Source: an uncultured Pseudomonadota bacterium (GTDB taxonomy: Bacteria > Pseudomonadota > Alphaproteobacteria > Rs-D84). From it: a stretch of 64,000 nucleotides of DNA. Of this stretch, positions 39,101-44,116 are shown piece after piece; the stretch's first letter is position 1, and the number at the start of each line of letters is the position of its first letter. The notes beneath the pieces are model-generated. The model ran no database searches, had not been told where the DNA came from, and saw only the letters and a list, made by a program, of their open reading frames with translations. The position numbers and the translations under genes were made by a program. The stretch spans positions 4,392-68,391 of the forward strand of contig CALABO010000016.1 of the NCBI GenBank assembly GCA_937885575.1. The letters run 5' to 3'.

Positions 39101-40731
39101 TGTCTATTCGGTGTTGGGGTTTCATAGTAATACCCAGTAAATGTTGCATGTGCTTTCCATGGCAGATGTCCTATGACATTTACTTGATTCGCACCACTTC
39201 CTATTTCTATTTTGTCGCTACACTTACTATCTGAATACCATGCTGTGTTGTTATATTTTTTATAGAAAGACGTATGTGTACCAGGCGTGGAAGCCGGATA
39301 TCCGCTTGGGTGCCCACCATTAGTCTCATCATCAAAACTAACTTCATAGCAGTTATCTTCAAAAACAGGTTTAAATGTTTGATGGCCACATCCCCATGTA
39401 AGTTCATCATGTTCGGGATCATTATGATTATATACAATTCCCCCAGACCCGAGTGTCCAACCAATAAAGGTTTGTCCATTCTGACCCTGACAACTAAAAT
39501 CGGCAATAATGTAATTACCGTAAGATTCTGGATGATTCGTGTCTGTGATTACATTGGCACCATCATCGCAATCGTACATAGCGTTCCAAACTTTCGGTTC
39601 ACATGCGCCGCCAACAAAAGTATAACATTGCTCATCCTTGCAACCATCACAATTCCATTGACACCAGTGTGCTTCTGTAAGATCGTTATCTGGGGCTAAT
39701 ATTTCTATGTTATTGTTGTCGTAACAATGTCCCTGATTATCCTCGTATTCTGTCCCATATATAGGAACGATTGGTGAATAAAACCCTGTCACACCTTCGG
39801 CACATTCGTCTGTACTATTGTGTCTTTGCGTACACGTTTCTGAGCAACTCTTGGTGCATGTATGCTGGTTGCCATATCCACCAGGGCTGGTAAAGCCTTC
39901 GGCACAAGGTATACACTCATCTGTTTGGCTATTATACCAATAATTCTGGGCACACCCGGCATTTTCATAACGTGCATAAAGGGTGATGGTATTACCACTA
40001 ATTCCACTAATATTCGTTGCATTGTTATAATTTAATTTACCGTACATATTATTATGGTAGGGTCCTATGCGAATGCTACCGCCCGTTTGGCTATCAGAAT
40101 ACCCAAGGAATGTGTATCCTTCCCGGGTTGGTGCCGTCGGCGTTTGAAACACCGGATAAAACACCGCATAATTTCTAGGACTATTTGGATTGTTAAGGCA
40201 ATCCGCACATTCGGTGGTTTTTTGGGTGCTCCACACCGTACCAAATCCAATGTAAAACGTACCCAATGAGGTATTATTATGGTCTACGAAATTAACCGTT
40301 TTCCAATTTGCGGAACACGTAGTATCTTTACCACAATCAAACACTTCTGCACAGTAATTTCCAATATTACTGCATGTAAGGCCGTTAACTTTAACCAATG
40401 AATTATGTGTTTCATCACCAAATCGGTAAATAAACGTCGTAGAATTGGAGGGGATACCGTATGTGCCACCATTTTGGAAGCTGGAATTCATGTCTGTACA
40501 GGTACCAGAGCACGCACCGTAACATAAATCTCCACTAAAGTTATAGTTGCCCATACTGTAGGGATAACTTGGAAAATCCTCGGCACATTTATTACAATCC
40601 TCTTCTGTCCTGCCGAGACCGTAGTAGTTATCCATCCAACAAAATCCTTCTGCCCATACACTGCCGATTTGGGCAGTCGCAAGCGTCGCAAAAAAGCCCA
40701 GAAAACCAAGGAATCTAGCGAATTTCTTCAT
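21151..40731 (-). CDS. Giant secreted repeat protein (6526 aa) with a Sec signal peptide, many Listeria-Bacteroides/InlB-B-repeat-like modules and eukaryote-like ephrin-receptor/furin-like cysteine-rich repeats; putative surface/host-interaction protein
   Basis: Uninterrupted 19,581-nt ORF with an AGGGAGAAAATATG RBS. N-terminal signal MKKFARFLGFLGFFATLATAQIGSVWA. More than 20 modules ending GY.F.GW...(T/N).LYA.W (e.g. TREGYIFDGWW...TTLYAHWT). More than 15 paired CxxC units such as CEMCDAGQFYDPGTNSCKTCADI and CPAGTYGPNGLECESCPEGYTSPAGS. About 8 tandem C.C(T).GTG...C modules in the C-terminal third. Composition is strongly biased (G, T, N, Y, C, W). Confidence 0.85.
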   Translation of the reverse strand: MKKFARFLGFLGFFATLATAQIGSVWAEGFCWMDNYYGLGRTEEDCNKCAEDFPSYPYSMGNYNFSGDLCYGACSGTCTDMNSSFQNGGTYGIPSNSTTFIYRFGDETHNSLVKVNGLTCSNIGNYCAEVFDCGKDTTCSANWKTVNFVDHNNTSLGTFYIGFGTVWSTQKTTECADCLNNPNSPRNYAVFYPVFQTPTAPTREGYTFLGYSDSQTGGSIRIGPYHNNMYGKLNYNNATNISGISGNTITLYARYENAGCAQNYWYNSQTDECIPCAEGFTSPGGYGNQHTCTKSCSETCTQRHNSTDECAEGVTGFYSPIVPIYGTEYEDNQGHCYDNNNIEILAPDNDLTEAHWCQWNCDGCKDEQCYTFVGGACEPKVWNAMYDCDDGANVITDTNHPESYGNYIIADFSCQGQNGQTFIGWTLGSGGIVYNHNDPEHDELTWGCGHQTFKPVFEDNCYEVSFDDETNGGHPSGYPASTPGTHTSFYKKYNNTAWYSDSKCSDKIEIGSGANQVNVIGHLPWKAHATFTGYYYETPTPNRQIFNASGNLTTGNNSGSDWTINGNTVLYAQYTCVDGYAPNANGDCVGDKIDVKYTCVSPVDGEPDTHTFNDDATYGAAYLVKSVGTGNHNVPCAFTGYELDNDYVWNLQDYSGNSTNPNGEYGPNETLSSADWQYITTTPLTEIEFILDKSMWHLKTYRVEYRCGDIKPGADVYTDSSATYGQTYNVAGQFDPFNGGNVTVQDFLDNNCKPNGGFGAWTFQNWTFTCAGANSGPYNTNDPTFGTWTYDSNNCYFTANWGQTDFVIILDQNGGTDGNPSDYLYTRKSIGVYLDSARTLKMLPDHEPNANPLTPPQKTINITIYPDSTHDGTGASFTYNGTIYGYNGANNYANIDENLDFMGYYQNITLNPEKYIDPYDGKGYITSDGIAAGKTYDENNTNDQRTWVAHWGTGTITLPSTATWAGHDFAGWTCVDDENTVVYSCGTNQSCQVTVSENITCTAQWSVACRSVSFDDTTNGEQNSPTNGGNNGRFSKVSGVTGWYGGTECGGDQITPSVVGRIPTKTNAHFVGYNTAVDGTGNEIFNVNGSVTDYGHDTWAPVDNVTLYAQYECDDLYHLNPQTGNCEMCDAGQFYDPGTNSCKTCADILGPNWTSKEGYTWSIDQCYRNCGTDTNDDITECAAITTPSGHGFEQFVTTNGGTGRQISFYGNERQNIYTCRSATGATKCPLGLLASSNPSIGPQKPMAAAVRFNNTAQDENESRYIIGNRAGGTSLSLADGFAWSQVVGVGQQGPEITTELGTYRYTFITYPAETAPVAMSREHQTFAGYGYPETDATELVSARNLTADNANGIIQFAKNLNPAQNNMSPDTRSQYSRNLWPIYTDDPTYTLTYSCGDGGGTPSISPNPVTGIYAGARIVPAQPEGCTNYGNLQFRWWAVSNSTDTHLAGDAGEFEWAYTENKTFTAIWGAANTYNITYLKMPTTNNSITPAGNTLEMPSNQSTSMPDSYTCNASPDTSISGVPRLKNANNEYIGEVVMWCTDSNLETCDLPLELSNAAPCADKNVYAKWECTDQRYHLNENKDDCVVCPNGDYWDPNANACVPCSQLGGGWTSIAGYNWGADQCYRVCNGDNGTSDVECRSANLSYGDFSVADIVENNHNQIEFYGNWRNRATNPELDVCGENAADVAYCPKLLTGSGAMAFKPMSSQVTFMKKDSPTTAAGTRHIVGIRNAAYVSSSYYLSNSSGKIWSHIMGPGQYTGTGNEPNYTFIIYPTDAAPEPSANASADPLFKGYYDTPSGGTRYVEYLLGLDSTNATDIMSGMTPANQITNRTLYPQYCDNGTTWNGSTCTSQTWDSVKYVCGDHGTSTSGYSMENTATYGQSYKVAYSGAQKIAECNPNTGYVLALENGQPKWELNNTGTHYVGYTGGVILSWTYTTFDSSDPTFTALYECDTANGYIPQGTECVLGSGLCQAQLPTNPNPHAQITSVTFENDLCEYTIVCALCVDNEPGCYNHNGAQTFTMTGPTSGTLSGTFCTATEYDITYDDTARTLHFNVDTTNCTPDNYQYGTTATIECTLSAQAGSHAVFRGWCTGADASNTTCDSSQTISSTDYGNKTYYAWWGCDTNYHQNGAVCEEDGNLPLVYRPNGGQPNTNEPVSLTFDQSFTTKGAIYTKTGNRLARWDVADGGTNTFTRYYDATTNTYYAYLEEYYEHYRDTTATLDAHWEQCQCSSGTGVLSCDATVVTNNECTPDVKCKTGYTNPQFHCTGTYNTECTATCTAENQYEIILSKNFTVGQNGPHGEYSNQLYTIHDTGVYRDYEREDEMTETTNPLTSLPNKYYTVTFNHCDRDNDTYCSNPVTTSEIENAYFTLLGFYANYDSEDPGYRYIKQTNNQWFITNQGIAAGKNYDGVPADYTWYAQWNGNSGTLMWNDFPSDPTREGYIFDGWWTQPGETGTRIETDYIAYNDTTLYAHWTVNSCDDGYILVSNSCVTPQDCKPICSVNCTYPGQSNGVPSNSAACPNGTNYSNLVVSCNYDTTSNSQGGYYEPTESITKCRKTENCDLITASTCRYTPNCTTGYIWNNDANDCIPDSNQTYTIKFICEEGGNPIVDSQTVHYGENITVPSNSACTNNPGYSYSRWKATTTGNHPTTLNAQSSTYQYPWEQTHGETFIADWNDGNVYHVNLHAYSCDDSTQTGTFGNSGVQELWEKYGVNWYRTNVGGTLSNPITELTTQQLPTRSGWTFVGYNNLAGDARVRNIGGIWSVSPATLIQNDEDWCAIWSQCNPNEYWNNGVCVTCNTATNGDFPLGEANATSIYQCYRQCSICTPVCPQTEGVNYCEFGNNSNMNGNLYYPGTGTCQPNYEQNCPITVLHCLPGYTPNGNNTACVPNNYMITLNSHIDGFNGHASSPEVLYTKYGPNGGAYLDNGYVYLMNDEQSLYAVPEKSADVILNGNGGNVIWNGYSSSTATLTATFDFQGFYPSVYGGSQYIFDTGYISTNGNIAAQQNQSNSTVWHAQWQDGSITLPDAQRQCYTFNGWWTDMYNGVSAGNANMPYTPTGATTNLYAHWTPGTYSITYHNGNAIYSGCSTTSYTFGNAFAINCSITPQAGSHKVFNGWCTNPELTAGCTQNPVISNTDCGDKDYYAWWGCESGYNLENGVCVPNASELCPARTLPNNAHATFVSGALNSNGTECIYTLKCEACTGCNNNNYTCYTHDNSATNGGIFTVNGSIGDASVLNNVSCNATEYDVYYRCDSSTAPGTLSGTQATYGEPYYVESNGTTITCQSNDQLFNGWTFNGNNQVYYPGTSNYMINSWNYCNITPIFTASYGQCEAGQIYVPSLGKCRPSCPVPCTWAGYPANPAQCPTPQYPAGATCWYLEGNPAAQTGYVPEYDPNACLNPMTDATITPQTCNVDPTQDPICPEYQHWENNTCEWNTYYVTLDSNNGIEGSNFVSKLFEKYTIGWSRTDNRFTSSLNLDPDELPSPSETCKVFKGYFNRRSGGQQMIQADGYVSSDGYQPLPSTTITDNNQKWYAQYIDNPGTFTIKFRCSANGGDIYTYTVHMGDANLTAPAATVCSGVAFNQWKGSTHPEILLDAGSYFAWNHCFDEVFVPDTKAVYHVDLNENGGMFPSNEYQELWYAVDLGWYKNAGLTTQITSIPGDSLPTKQGSNFNGWLDSTTQAQRGNFSGANWALPASISANETWDAQWGPCAAGQYWDNGVCKSCSDATGGAYPLADANATNVNQCYKICSICLTNGCPTVHGANCVYNPNDPSVQNNGKEYNNGTQTCVSNTNPTPNCPYMITDCDLGWVPAQDGQSCVEDEKHTITLESHIIHGVSSDPEVLYTWHNRGVYLYSNYTGEMRANQNPLSENPLNYAIVTFNLNGQGASLIWNGQTYMGSMDANVLFDYQGFWKSVNGSPRYIDVDGYINGSGIAAGTGYTDDATWHARWQSRTLGTISSSGNDLPVPTRPGFVFDGWYDLPMGGNQVDSSSLVNNDMTVYAHWSDVIYEVKLVSDRNNCQPSNNTPTKLYEKYNVGWNRAATGTFDPNLTLTDDELPTPNAGYEFKGYYDALSGGDRVIRPDGRVEQEPNYTDNNHTWYARCGRPTGPFTITFRCGAGEDPLPNYTQSVQNGGTVRVPPTSACSNAGYTFTSWMGNHNTTFTARDTEYTATWSDVYANEDFTPDWNNGNVYYVTLAQTDATEPGIEILYEKYDNGWGYTANGPFNVTRLSGSQLPRRSGYVFAGYKYNDVQMGYVSNGQWRLPDPTVLTDNNQVWEPDWSQCEQGEYWDGNKCYPCPDGFTDNPHAIGAEQCYGNCEYDCQDSGCPSPLPVGMQSCAPNHSDYPQWGIKYNRPGATCLPQGQQSLPICPNDIICNNGYDLVGTECRDNRYTIALNSNLYNDNGTLANPSTLYTWFNHGVYRDYNRTYMMTPNDYPLESGTPSTYATVTLNGNGAMFNWHDMYGGQLSDNVDFVFDGFYDTTGAEIDPVIGINRYITGAGQSIGTTAQNNQTWQARWLNGSVDLPGEDIMSRDGYTFAGWWNACDGGALVSMGNQTIAVSGDRTLCAHWSGKSYTVTYNCNSEDGQGGSATDNQLAYQNTSYTVRENFIPCSKPATETTRAHEFENWKFNLNSNTYWPGDSILWIFTDDNPTLNAHYKECSDGSYFDGSCKTCPTGYDHSNINATSPQHCYKTCNVEIPCTQPVSDCPNEEGVLTCVYPQLTSSVSGAQYYGSNECVHDVPSTQYCEPFTIMCKPGYTPDYYLSTDVGVQCTKLADHEITLDANCGGDVTPGQEKLYTTENTGVYLNPARTNQYLMTISDHPLSVDKLPNCVVTATFNHCDNDDPNCYGATITDRGVNLTFNGYYKTASGVTQYTDARSVGGQLKSYITQDGMDDGKGYTTDATWYAHWNASQVGTDKWPIDPTRDACGVTYNFVGWWTDATGGQQVQPGTPINNDVTWYAHWCEGCPANGIANGSCTVNSCVATINCNNDYTWDTNSCSCVLSPDPRFTLTYKPNGGTPTQPRTQSLRLNETFTTLGGDTFSKSGEVLCRWVSNATTYTFPDGVAELSTEYTYLNENDTTLLADWVACQCTSGTGVQGCSVSVVNNACVPTVTCMPGYVPNELPTCTGECNTNCNASCRQCEPGTYQDGNECKSCDNGFTSGVAATSCYGETITVDWDENGGNPIDQNGSCQFCVDGNGCTSPACESCGTHPANNLTLAAAPTHNNNAMQFLGWKLATGNDLYSAGTNVMCTYNNVGVYSGISTHKIKAQWNQCQCINPLNPHVAGCTPIVTNDTCAYINWCDTGYELDQPTAYTPAAVCNPITSNITYDCGDGTGMPVTATDTAEYDADYTVKNEGGANCQKTGFNFAGWRFNGDGQLHQAGDRITWNYTSDQTFTAEYTNIQCASDEILIGNDCVKCNCTIGTGATNTSCGSLSTISNTCEWTHPVACLTGFVNPAWNCTGTGNTSCIASCGICPANQVEVSGDCTDCRCTPDTTTGAVSCGTMSISDNMCNWGPATCGLGYGYPNIICEGSSNQSCTVKCQVCPAGTYGPNGLECESCPEGYTSPAGSTSIEDCYGNGNPYTITYQAAGGVNTATGVTDQPVIQNVTYNSGFVTKQGTIFSKTNSIITVWDTVSGGAYPELNHWYQYNTAGDTWLDAHWESCECTTGTGAESCGTLSTAGNTCNWTNPVCQDGYVSPNMQCTGTGNTNCTLTCGECQEGEVIVNGECIPCTCTTGNGAASCTPGATANNTCTAVGQCLVGYGNEDGNANVVCNDTNCVVSYNECGDGWVSNENCQCEICPANTYQSGNTCVPCQNGYTSPAGSSSADACVPGAHTIHYLSNNGTNETYNQGVYYGQSFTTEGGTRFTYTNHIMTHWNVESGSSSTFTNGTATLSGNYVYNDATDTTLSAQWAQCTCDADGCTTYATNSNECACNASEESCPDGYIYGGCECNGTNCAPICTLSQSNAIYNCGTGTGIPPVSELVGYGTPYTIKANATVYGCSRENSTFAGWEFDGDQQIHAAGDTVTWNYTTDKNFRAVYCNNCLPEDHCTLDIPNPGECVVTCHTGYEWNSTLQKCVAKTYPNENGITYKPNGGTPNQNYTQSVTYDAPFTTLDWSAEHYRKPRHIMTQWAVESGGVGTFDSGYANLGTEYTYKTDGATVLAADWTECAADKISLNNQCQQCNCTAGTGTTSCGTLSTDDDTCAWGPVSCQTGYVNPTLDCSDDTTSCTASCTQCGNKQVEVNGTCTDCECEINGDGVNSGCGFVSNNGNICNWNPTTCKLGYGYPELTCTDSNFNNDCTASCTICPAGQYGDDGLTCKDCPDGKTSLPGATSKKECFIDPNSCAQDEHIEHGECVSNTRACSIPNATSAARIWNPAIGTYGPCTVIECDEANGYHESGNACVRDTCTVAHGSAESEQVGPSSWECFVTKCDPGYEPSSDYKSCVECANRYVDGDPNKDVAVSSYVSECEIAACMYQGQKYALQNGECVSICETETDETGTKVWDERTNKCVRTCKPGYKMW

Positions 40732-40755
40732 ATTTTCTCCCTTTCATTTACTTTC

Positions 40756-40784
40756 ATCTTAGAAAAAACAAAAATTTAAGGCAA
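40756..40784 (-). promoter_or_regulatory. Putative sigma70 promoter of the giant gene (TTGCCT-N17-TAAGAT) with an A/T-rich UP region
   Basis: Minus strand reads ...aaaaaaaagcaactattttttc TTGCCT taaatttttgttttttc TAAGAT gaaagtaaatgaaAGGGAGaaaatATG. Confidence 0.4.
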
Positions 40785-40845
40785 GAAAAAATAGTTGCTT
40801 TTTTTTATTTTTTTTTTGACATTTTTTTGCGAATTGTTATGCGGA

Positions 40846-40915
40846 TTTTTAGTGGGTAGTGTAAGTGTTAGTCCCGCCTTCGCTAAAGCTACGGCGAGGC
40901 AGGGGTTAGTGTTTT
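40846..40915. repeat. Copy or fragment of the dispersed GTGTTAGTG-type repeat (tttagtgggtagtgtaagtgttagt...cgctaaagctacggcgaggcagggg)
   Basis: Similar to 14935..15035 and to the arms at 41380..41535 and 55353..55455. Confidence 0.5.
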
Positions 40916-41178
40916 TTGCCGTCCCCCCGCTGAAAATTTGTATGTGAGAACGAGCATAAGCGAAGTTCGAACAACTACAAATTTGCGCGCAGGGCTGTAA
41001 GCCGAGCGAAACGCGGGGTCTCGTCGGGGTTGCAGTGAGTGGGACCGCGACTTGCTCGGCGAGATCCCGCATGAAATCACCCACGCCAAACTTCGTTTTG
41101 CGCGGGGCCCAATACTGCGAGATGACAGGAAAAAAGACCACCCCGGCCTTCGGCCACCCCTCCACAGGAGGGGAACTT

Positions 41179-41209
41179 AAAAAAAAACACGCCGTGCAAG
41201 CACGGCGTG
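41179..41209 (-). terminator. Rho-independent terminator for tRNA-Met (cacgccgtgc-aa-gcacggcgtg followed by T9 on the minus strand)
   Basis: Perfect 10-bp GC-rich stem with a T9 tract on the tRNA strand. Confidence 0.7.
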
Positions 41210-41269
41210 GGTGATTTTTCAATTATAATTGAGAAATCTCTATCACATCTTTGCGTTCGCAAAGACGGA

Positions 41270-41346
41270 TGGTGGGTTATGTAGGACTCGAACCCACGAC
41301 CAAAGCGTTATGAGCGCTCCGCTCTAACCAACTGAGCTAATAACCC
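41270..41346 (-). tRNA. tRNA-Met (anticodon CAT; elongator type or tRNA-Ile2)
   Basis: Reverse complement reads gggttattagctcagttggttagagcggagcgctCATaacgctttggtcgtgggttcgagtcctacataacccacca. The anticodon stem is not GGG/CCC, so it is not the initiator. Confidence 0.8.
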
Positions 41347-41379
41347 AACGCGCGCATTATTACATAGTTCTTTTTTCGA

Positions 41380-41535
41380 TGCAAGGAAAAAGTGGGGAGT
41401 GGTAAGTGTTAGTGGGTAGTGTTAGTGGAAAGTCTCTAGAGGGGAACTTTGCGCGCTGGAATAACCACGTAATTACGGATTTATTCCAGAACCTAATAAC
41501 CACTTACACTAGCCGCTAACACTTTCCACTAAGGT
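41380..41535. repeat. MITE-like element of about 155 bp: inverted GTGTTAGTG/CCACTTACACTAA arms flanking a nested-palindromic core (ctctagaggggaactt...ctggaataaccacgtaattacggatttattccag)
   Basis: Left arm agtggtaagtgttagtgggtagtgttagtggaaag. Right arm (reverse complement) ccttagtggaaagtgttagcggctagtgtaagtgg. The core is about 70% identical to the core at 55381..55420. Confidence 0.6.
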
Positions 41536-42721
41536 ATTTCGTTTGTCTTGCGGATATTACGCAGGCCAAGATATGCGACATAAATAATATCGCAATAAGA
41601 TACTGCAACGCGCCATGTAAATTAAATGCGCCGATATACATCAAACACAGGCACCCCGCCCAACGACCAAAGAACAGAACAACATCACGCATAACCAGGT
41701 ATTCTATGCGGATATTTTTTGTAATGAACCGCGATTGTCCGATGTTCAAAATGTTCGTGCCACAGATCTGGTTCGTGGTGACGATGCCGACCGCATAGGC
41801 GAACGCGTAAAGCAATATACTGAAACGATTCACGCCGATTATCAAAGCAGCCGCCGAAAACGCCAATAACACAGAGCAAGATAGGACAATCCACCTAAAA
41901 TCCCGATTGGAACAAAAACGCCCAAAAGCCCATGATGCCACGATTGTACAGATTGCGAAAATCGTTGACCATATCCCAAGGTTCATGTCTGTATGAAATG
42001 CATCGACGATGTACATAACCACGACCGTTTCCAATATCCATGCGAAACTGCGCAACAATTCCGAAAGAAATATCTTACGCAATAACGGCGTTCCCCTTAG
42101 GTGATTATAAAAACCGATAAAATCTATTGGTTGGTGTTTTGGATTTCGGCACGGTGGCAATAAAAACAACATAAAAAATTCCATAATCGCCATAACCATA
42201 ATGGCCCAAGCGACACTTTGCAACGATGTTATGGTCAGCATCGTTCCCAATGTGATCGGAACCAAGATTTTGAAGATATGTCTTATCGCCTCTTTGGTGC
42301 CAACAAAAAATACCATCCTTTTGGCGCAAACACTTTCGATTGTGATGGCATGCATCGGTAAATTATAAAACCCTTCGAAAATACCATAAAGGATTCCCAA
42401 CACAACAAGCCACCTGGCCGCGTCCGCCCCAAGAACCGCAATCAGACCCATCAAAATAATCCGGGTGACAATGTTCATGCCGAAAAGAACCGTTTTGTTG
42501 CCGTTTTTGCACCAATTGGCCGTTATAACAAATGTTAAACATATCGCCAAAATCTCAAAAAAACGGTATGCCGATACGGAAACAATCTCATTGATTGTGT
42601 TGTGCATCAAAAAAGATACAATAAATGTCCCAAGAAACATGGTGGAAATGGTATGAAATACCGAAAAGCCGGTTATTATCCATTCATTCTTTGTTAATCG
42701 GTGGCAAAAATTCCCTCTCAT
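41516..42721 (-). CDS. MFS-type transporter (12 TM), 401 aa
   Basis: Twelve hydrophobic segments in a 6+6 arrangement; AT-rich. Confidence 0.55.
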   Translation of the reverse strand: MRGNFCHRLTKNEWIITGFSVFHTISTMFLGTFIVSFLMHNTINEIVSVSAYRFFEILAICLTFVITANWCKNGNKTVLFGMNIVTRIILMGLIAVLGADAARWLVVLGILYGIFEGFYNLPMHAITIESVCAKRMVFFVGTKEAIRHIFKILVPITLGTMLTITSLQSVAWAIMVMAIMEFFMLFLLPPCRNPKHQPIDFIGFYNHLRGTPLLRKIFLSELLRSFAWILETVVVMYIVDAFHTDMNLGIWSTIFAICTIVASWAFGRFCSNRDFRWIVLSCSVLLAFSAAALIIGVNRFSILLYAFAYAVGIVTTNQICGTNILNIGQSRFITKNIRIEYLVMRDVVLFFGRWAGCLCLMYIGAFNLHGALQYLIAILFMSHILACVISARQTKYLSGKC

Positions 42722-42814
42722 GACGTGGGAATTTTATCACACCTGTGCCAAAAAGACAATATAAATCCGTCTTTTTCCCTTTATTTTTGATATTCGTTAT
42801 GCCAAAATGGGCGC

Positions 42815-44086
42815 ATGTCGGAAATCGTTAAAATTTTAAGTGATGAACAAAAAATCGCCTTTGACACCATTGAAAACACCCATCAAAATGTGTTGATTTT
42901 GGGCAGTGCCGGAACAGGAAAATCCACTTTTGTTAACTATTTAAAATCCGCATCTAAGAAAAGAATCATATGCGCCTGTCCGACCGCCGTTGCTGCCCTT
43001 AATATCGGTGGGCAAACGATACATTCGCTGTTTCAGATTCAACCGCGCGACTTTGTGTTTCCGGAATTTTTGAAACTAAAAGCCAAAGTGCGAAACATTT
43101 TGACCGCGACTGATATCCTTGTCCTGGACGAAGTGTCGATGATTTCGCCCGATGTTATGGACGCGATGGACATTTTGGCGCGCCAGGCCCGGCACAGTAC
43201 TGAACCCTTTGGCGGGATTCAGGTTGTGGCGATTGGCGACCTGTTTCAATTGCCGCCGGTGATAACGCGCGACGCGGGGCAGTATTTTAAGCAGGCGTAT
43301 GAACACGAACGCGCGTATTTCTTTGATAGCAATGTGTATCGGCGGGCGGATTTCGTACGGTTTAACTTTGATTTAGTATATCGGCAAAATGATACGGGGT
43401 TGTTGACGAACCTGAACGCGCTACGCGCGGGTGATGTCGGTGCGCTTTCGTTTTTTAACACTTGCCAAATTGATGATGCGGCGCGGCGCGACAATGCCGT
43501 TATAATTACGCCCTTTCGCGCGGTTGCCGAACGCATAAATGCCGAACGATTGGATGCAATTGGCGCGCCGTTGGTGCGATATATGGGTGAACTGTCGGGG
43601 AACTTTGCCGAACGCGATGTGCCCGCGCCGATGAATTTGGAACTGAAAGTTGGGGCGTTGGTGGTCTTTGTCAAAAACGGCGACAAATGGCACAATGGGT
43701 CGATGGGCGTGGTGCGGTCACTGGGGGCGCGCGATATTACGGTGGAATTATTGGGTGCGAACCGCGATGTCGTTCTGGTGCGACCCGAAAAGTGGCAAAA
43801 AATTGAATACACGCGCGATGAAAACGAACGTTTGCAAGAAAACGAAACCGGCGCGTATAAACAGTTTCCGCTGACGCTGGGGTACGCAATGACGATACAC
43901 AAAGCCCAGGGCAAAACATTGGACACCGTGATTGTGGATATTTCGCGCGGGGCGTTCGAACATGGCCAAACCTATGTTGCGTTGTCACGCACACGGACGG
44001 CCGGCGATATGCATATTGCACGACCGCTGTCGCCACGTGATGTTATATTTGACCCGCGGGTGTTGGAATTTGTAAACAGGGGTTAA
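42815..44086 (+). CDS. PIF1/RecD-family ATP-dependent DNA helicase (423 aa)
   Basis: Walker A GSAGTGKST, Walker B VLDEVSM, motifs GDLFQLPPV and ...TIHKAQGKTLDTVIVDI typical of Pif1/RecD SF1B helicases. Confidence 0.75.
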   Translation: MSEIVKILSDEQKIAFDTIENTHQNVLILGSAGTGKSTFVNYLKSASKKRIICACPTAVAALNIGGQTIHSLFQIQPRDFVFPEFLKLKAKVRNILTATDILVLDEVSMISPDVMDAMDILARQARHSTEPFGGIQVVAIGDLFQLPPVITRDAGQYFKQAYEHERAYFFDSNVYRRADFVRFNFDLVYRQNDTGLLTNLNALRAGDVGALSFFNTCQIDDAARRDNAVIITPFRAVAERINAERLDAIGAPLVRYMGELSGNFAERDVPAPMNLELKVGALVVFVKNGDKWHNGSMGVVRSLGARDITVELLGANRDVVLVRPEKWQKIEYTRDENERLQENETGAYKQFPLTLGYAMTIHKAQGKTLDTVIVDISRGAFEHGQTYVALSRTRTAGDMHIARPLSPRDVIFDPRVLEFVNRG

Positions 44087-44116
44087 AAAATAACGGCGAT
44101 TGCCGTTATTTTTTAT
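44085..44116. terminator. Bidirectional rho-independent terminator (A6, taacggc-gatt-gccgtta, T8)
   Basis: Lies between the convergent helicase and ACP-like genes. Confidence 0.7.

Noticed and set aside
21268-40269. Dozens of 60-214-aa plus-strand ORFs in the track between 21 and 40 kb (e.g. 34969..35613, 22528..23079)
   Set aside because: All are antisense to the single continuous 19.6-kb minus-strand ORF. A Cys/Gly/Thr-rich coding strand generates long open antisense frames. None has an RBS or recognisable motifs.
21151-40731. Very high density of N-x-S/T sequons in the giant protein, as a possible N-glycosylation signal
   Set aside because: Asn, Thr and Ser are each extremely abundant in this protein, so the sequon frequency is expected from composition alone. 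No pgl/OTase genes are visible in the window.
40776-41222. 148-aa minus-strand ORF upstream of the giant gene
   Set aside because: It runs through the inferred giant-gene promoter, the tRNA-Met terminator hairpin and dispersed repeat fragments. It has no RBS and its amino-acid composition reflects GC-rich repeats.
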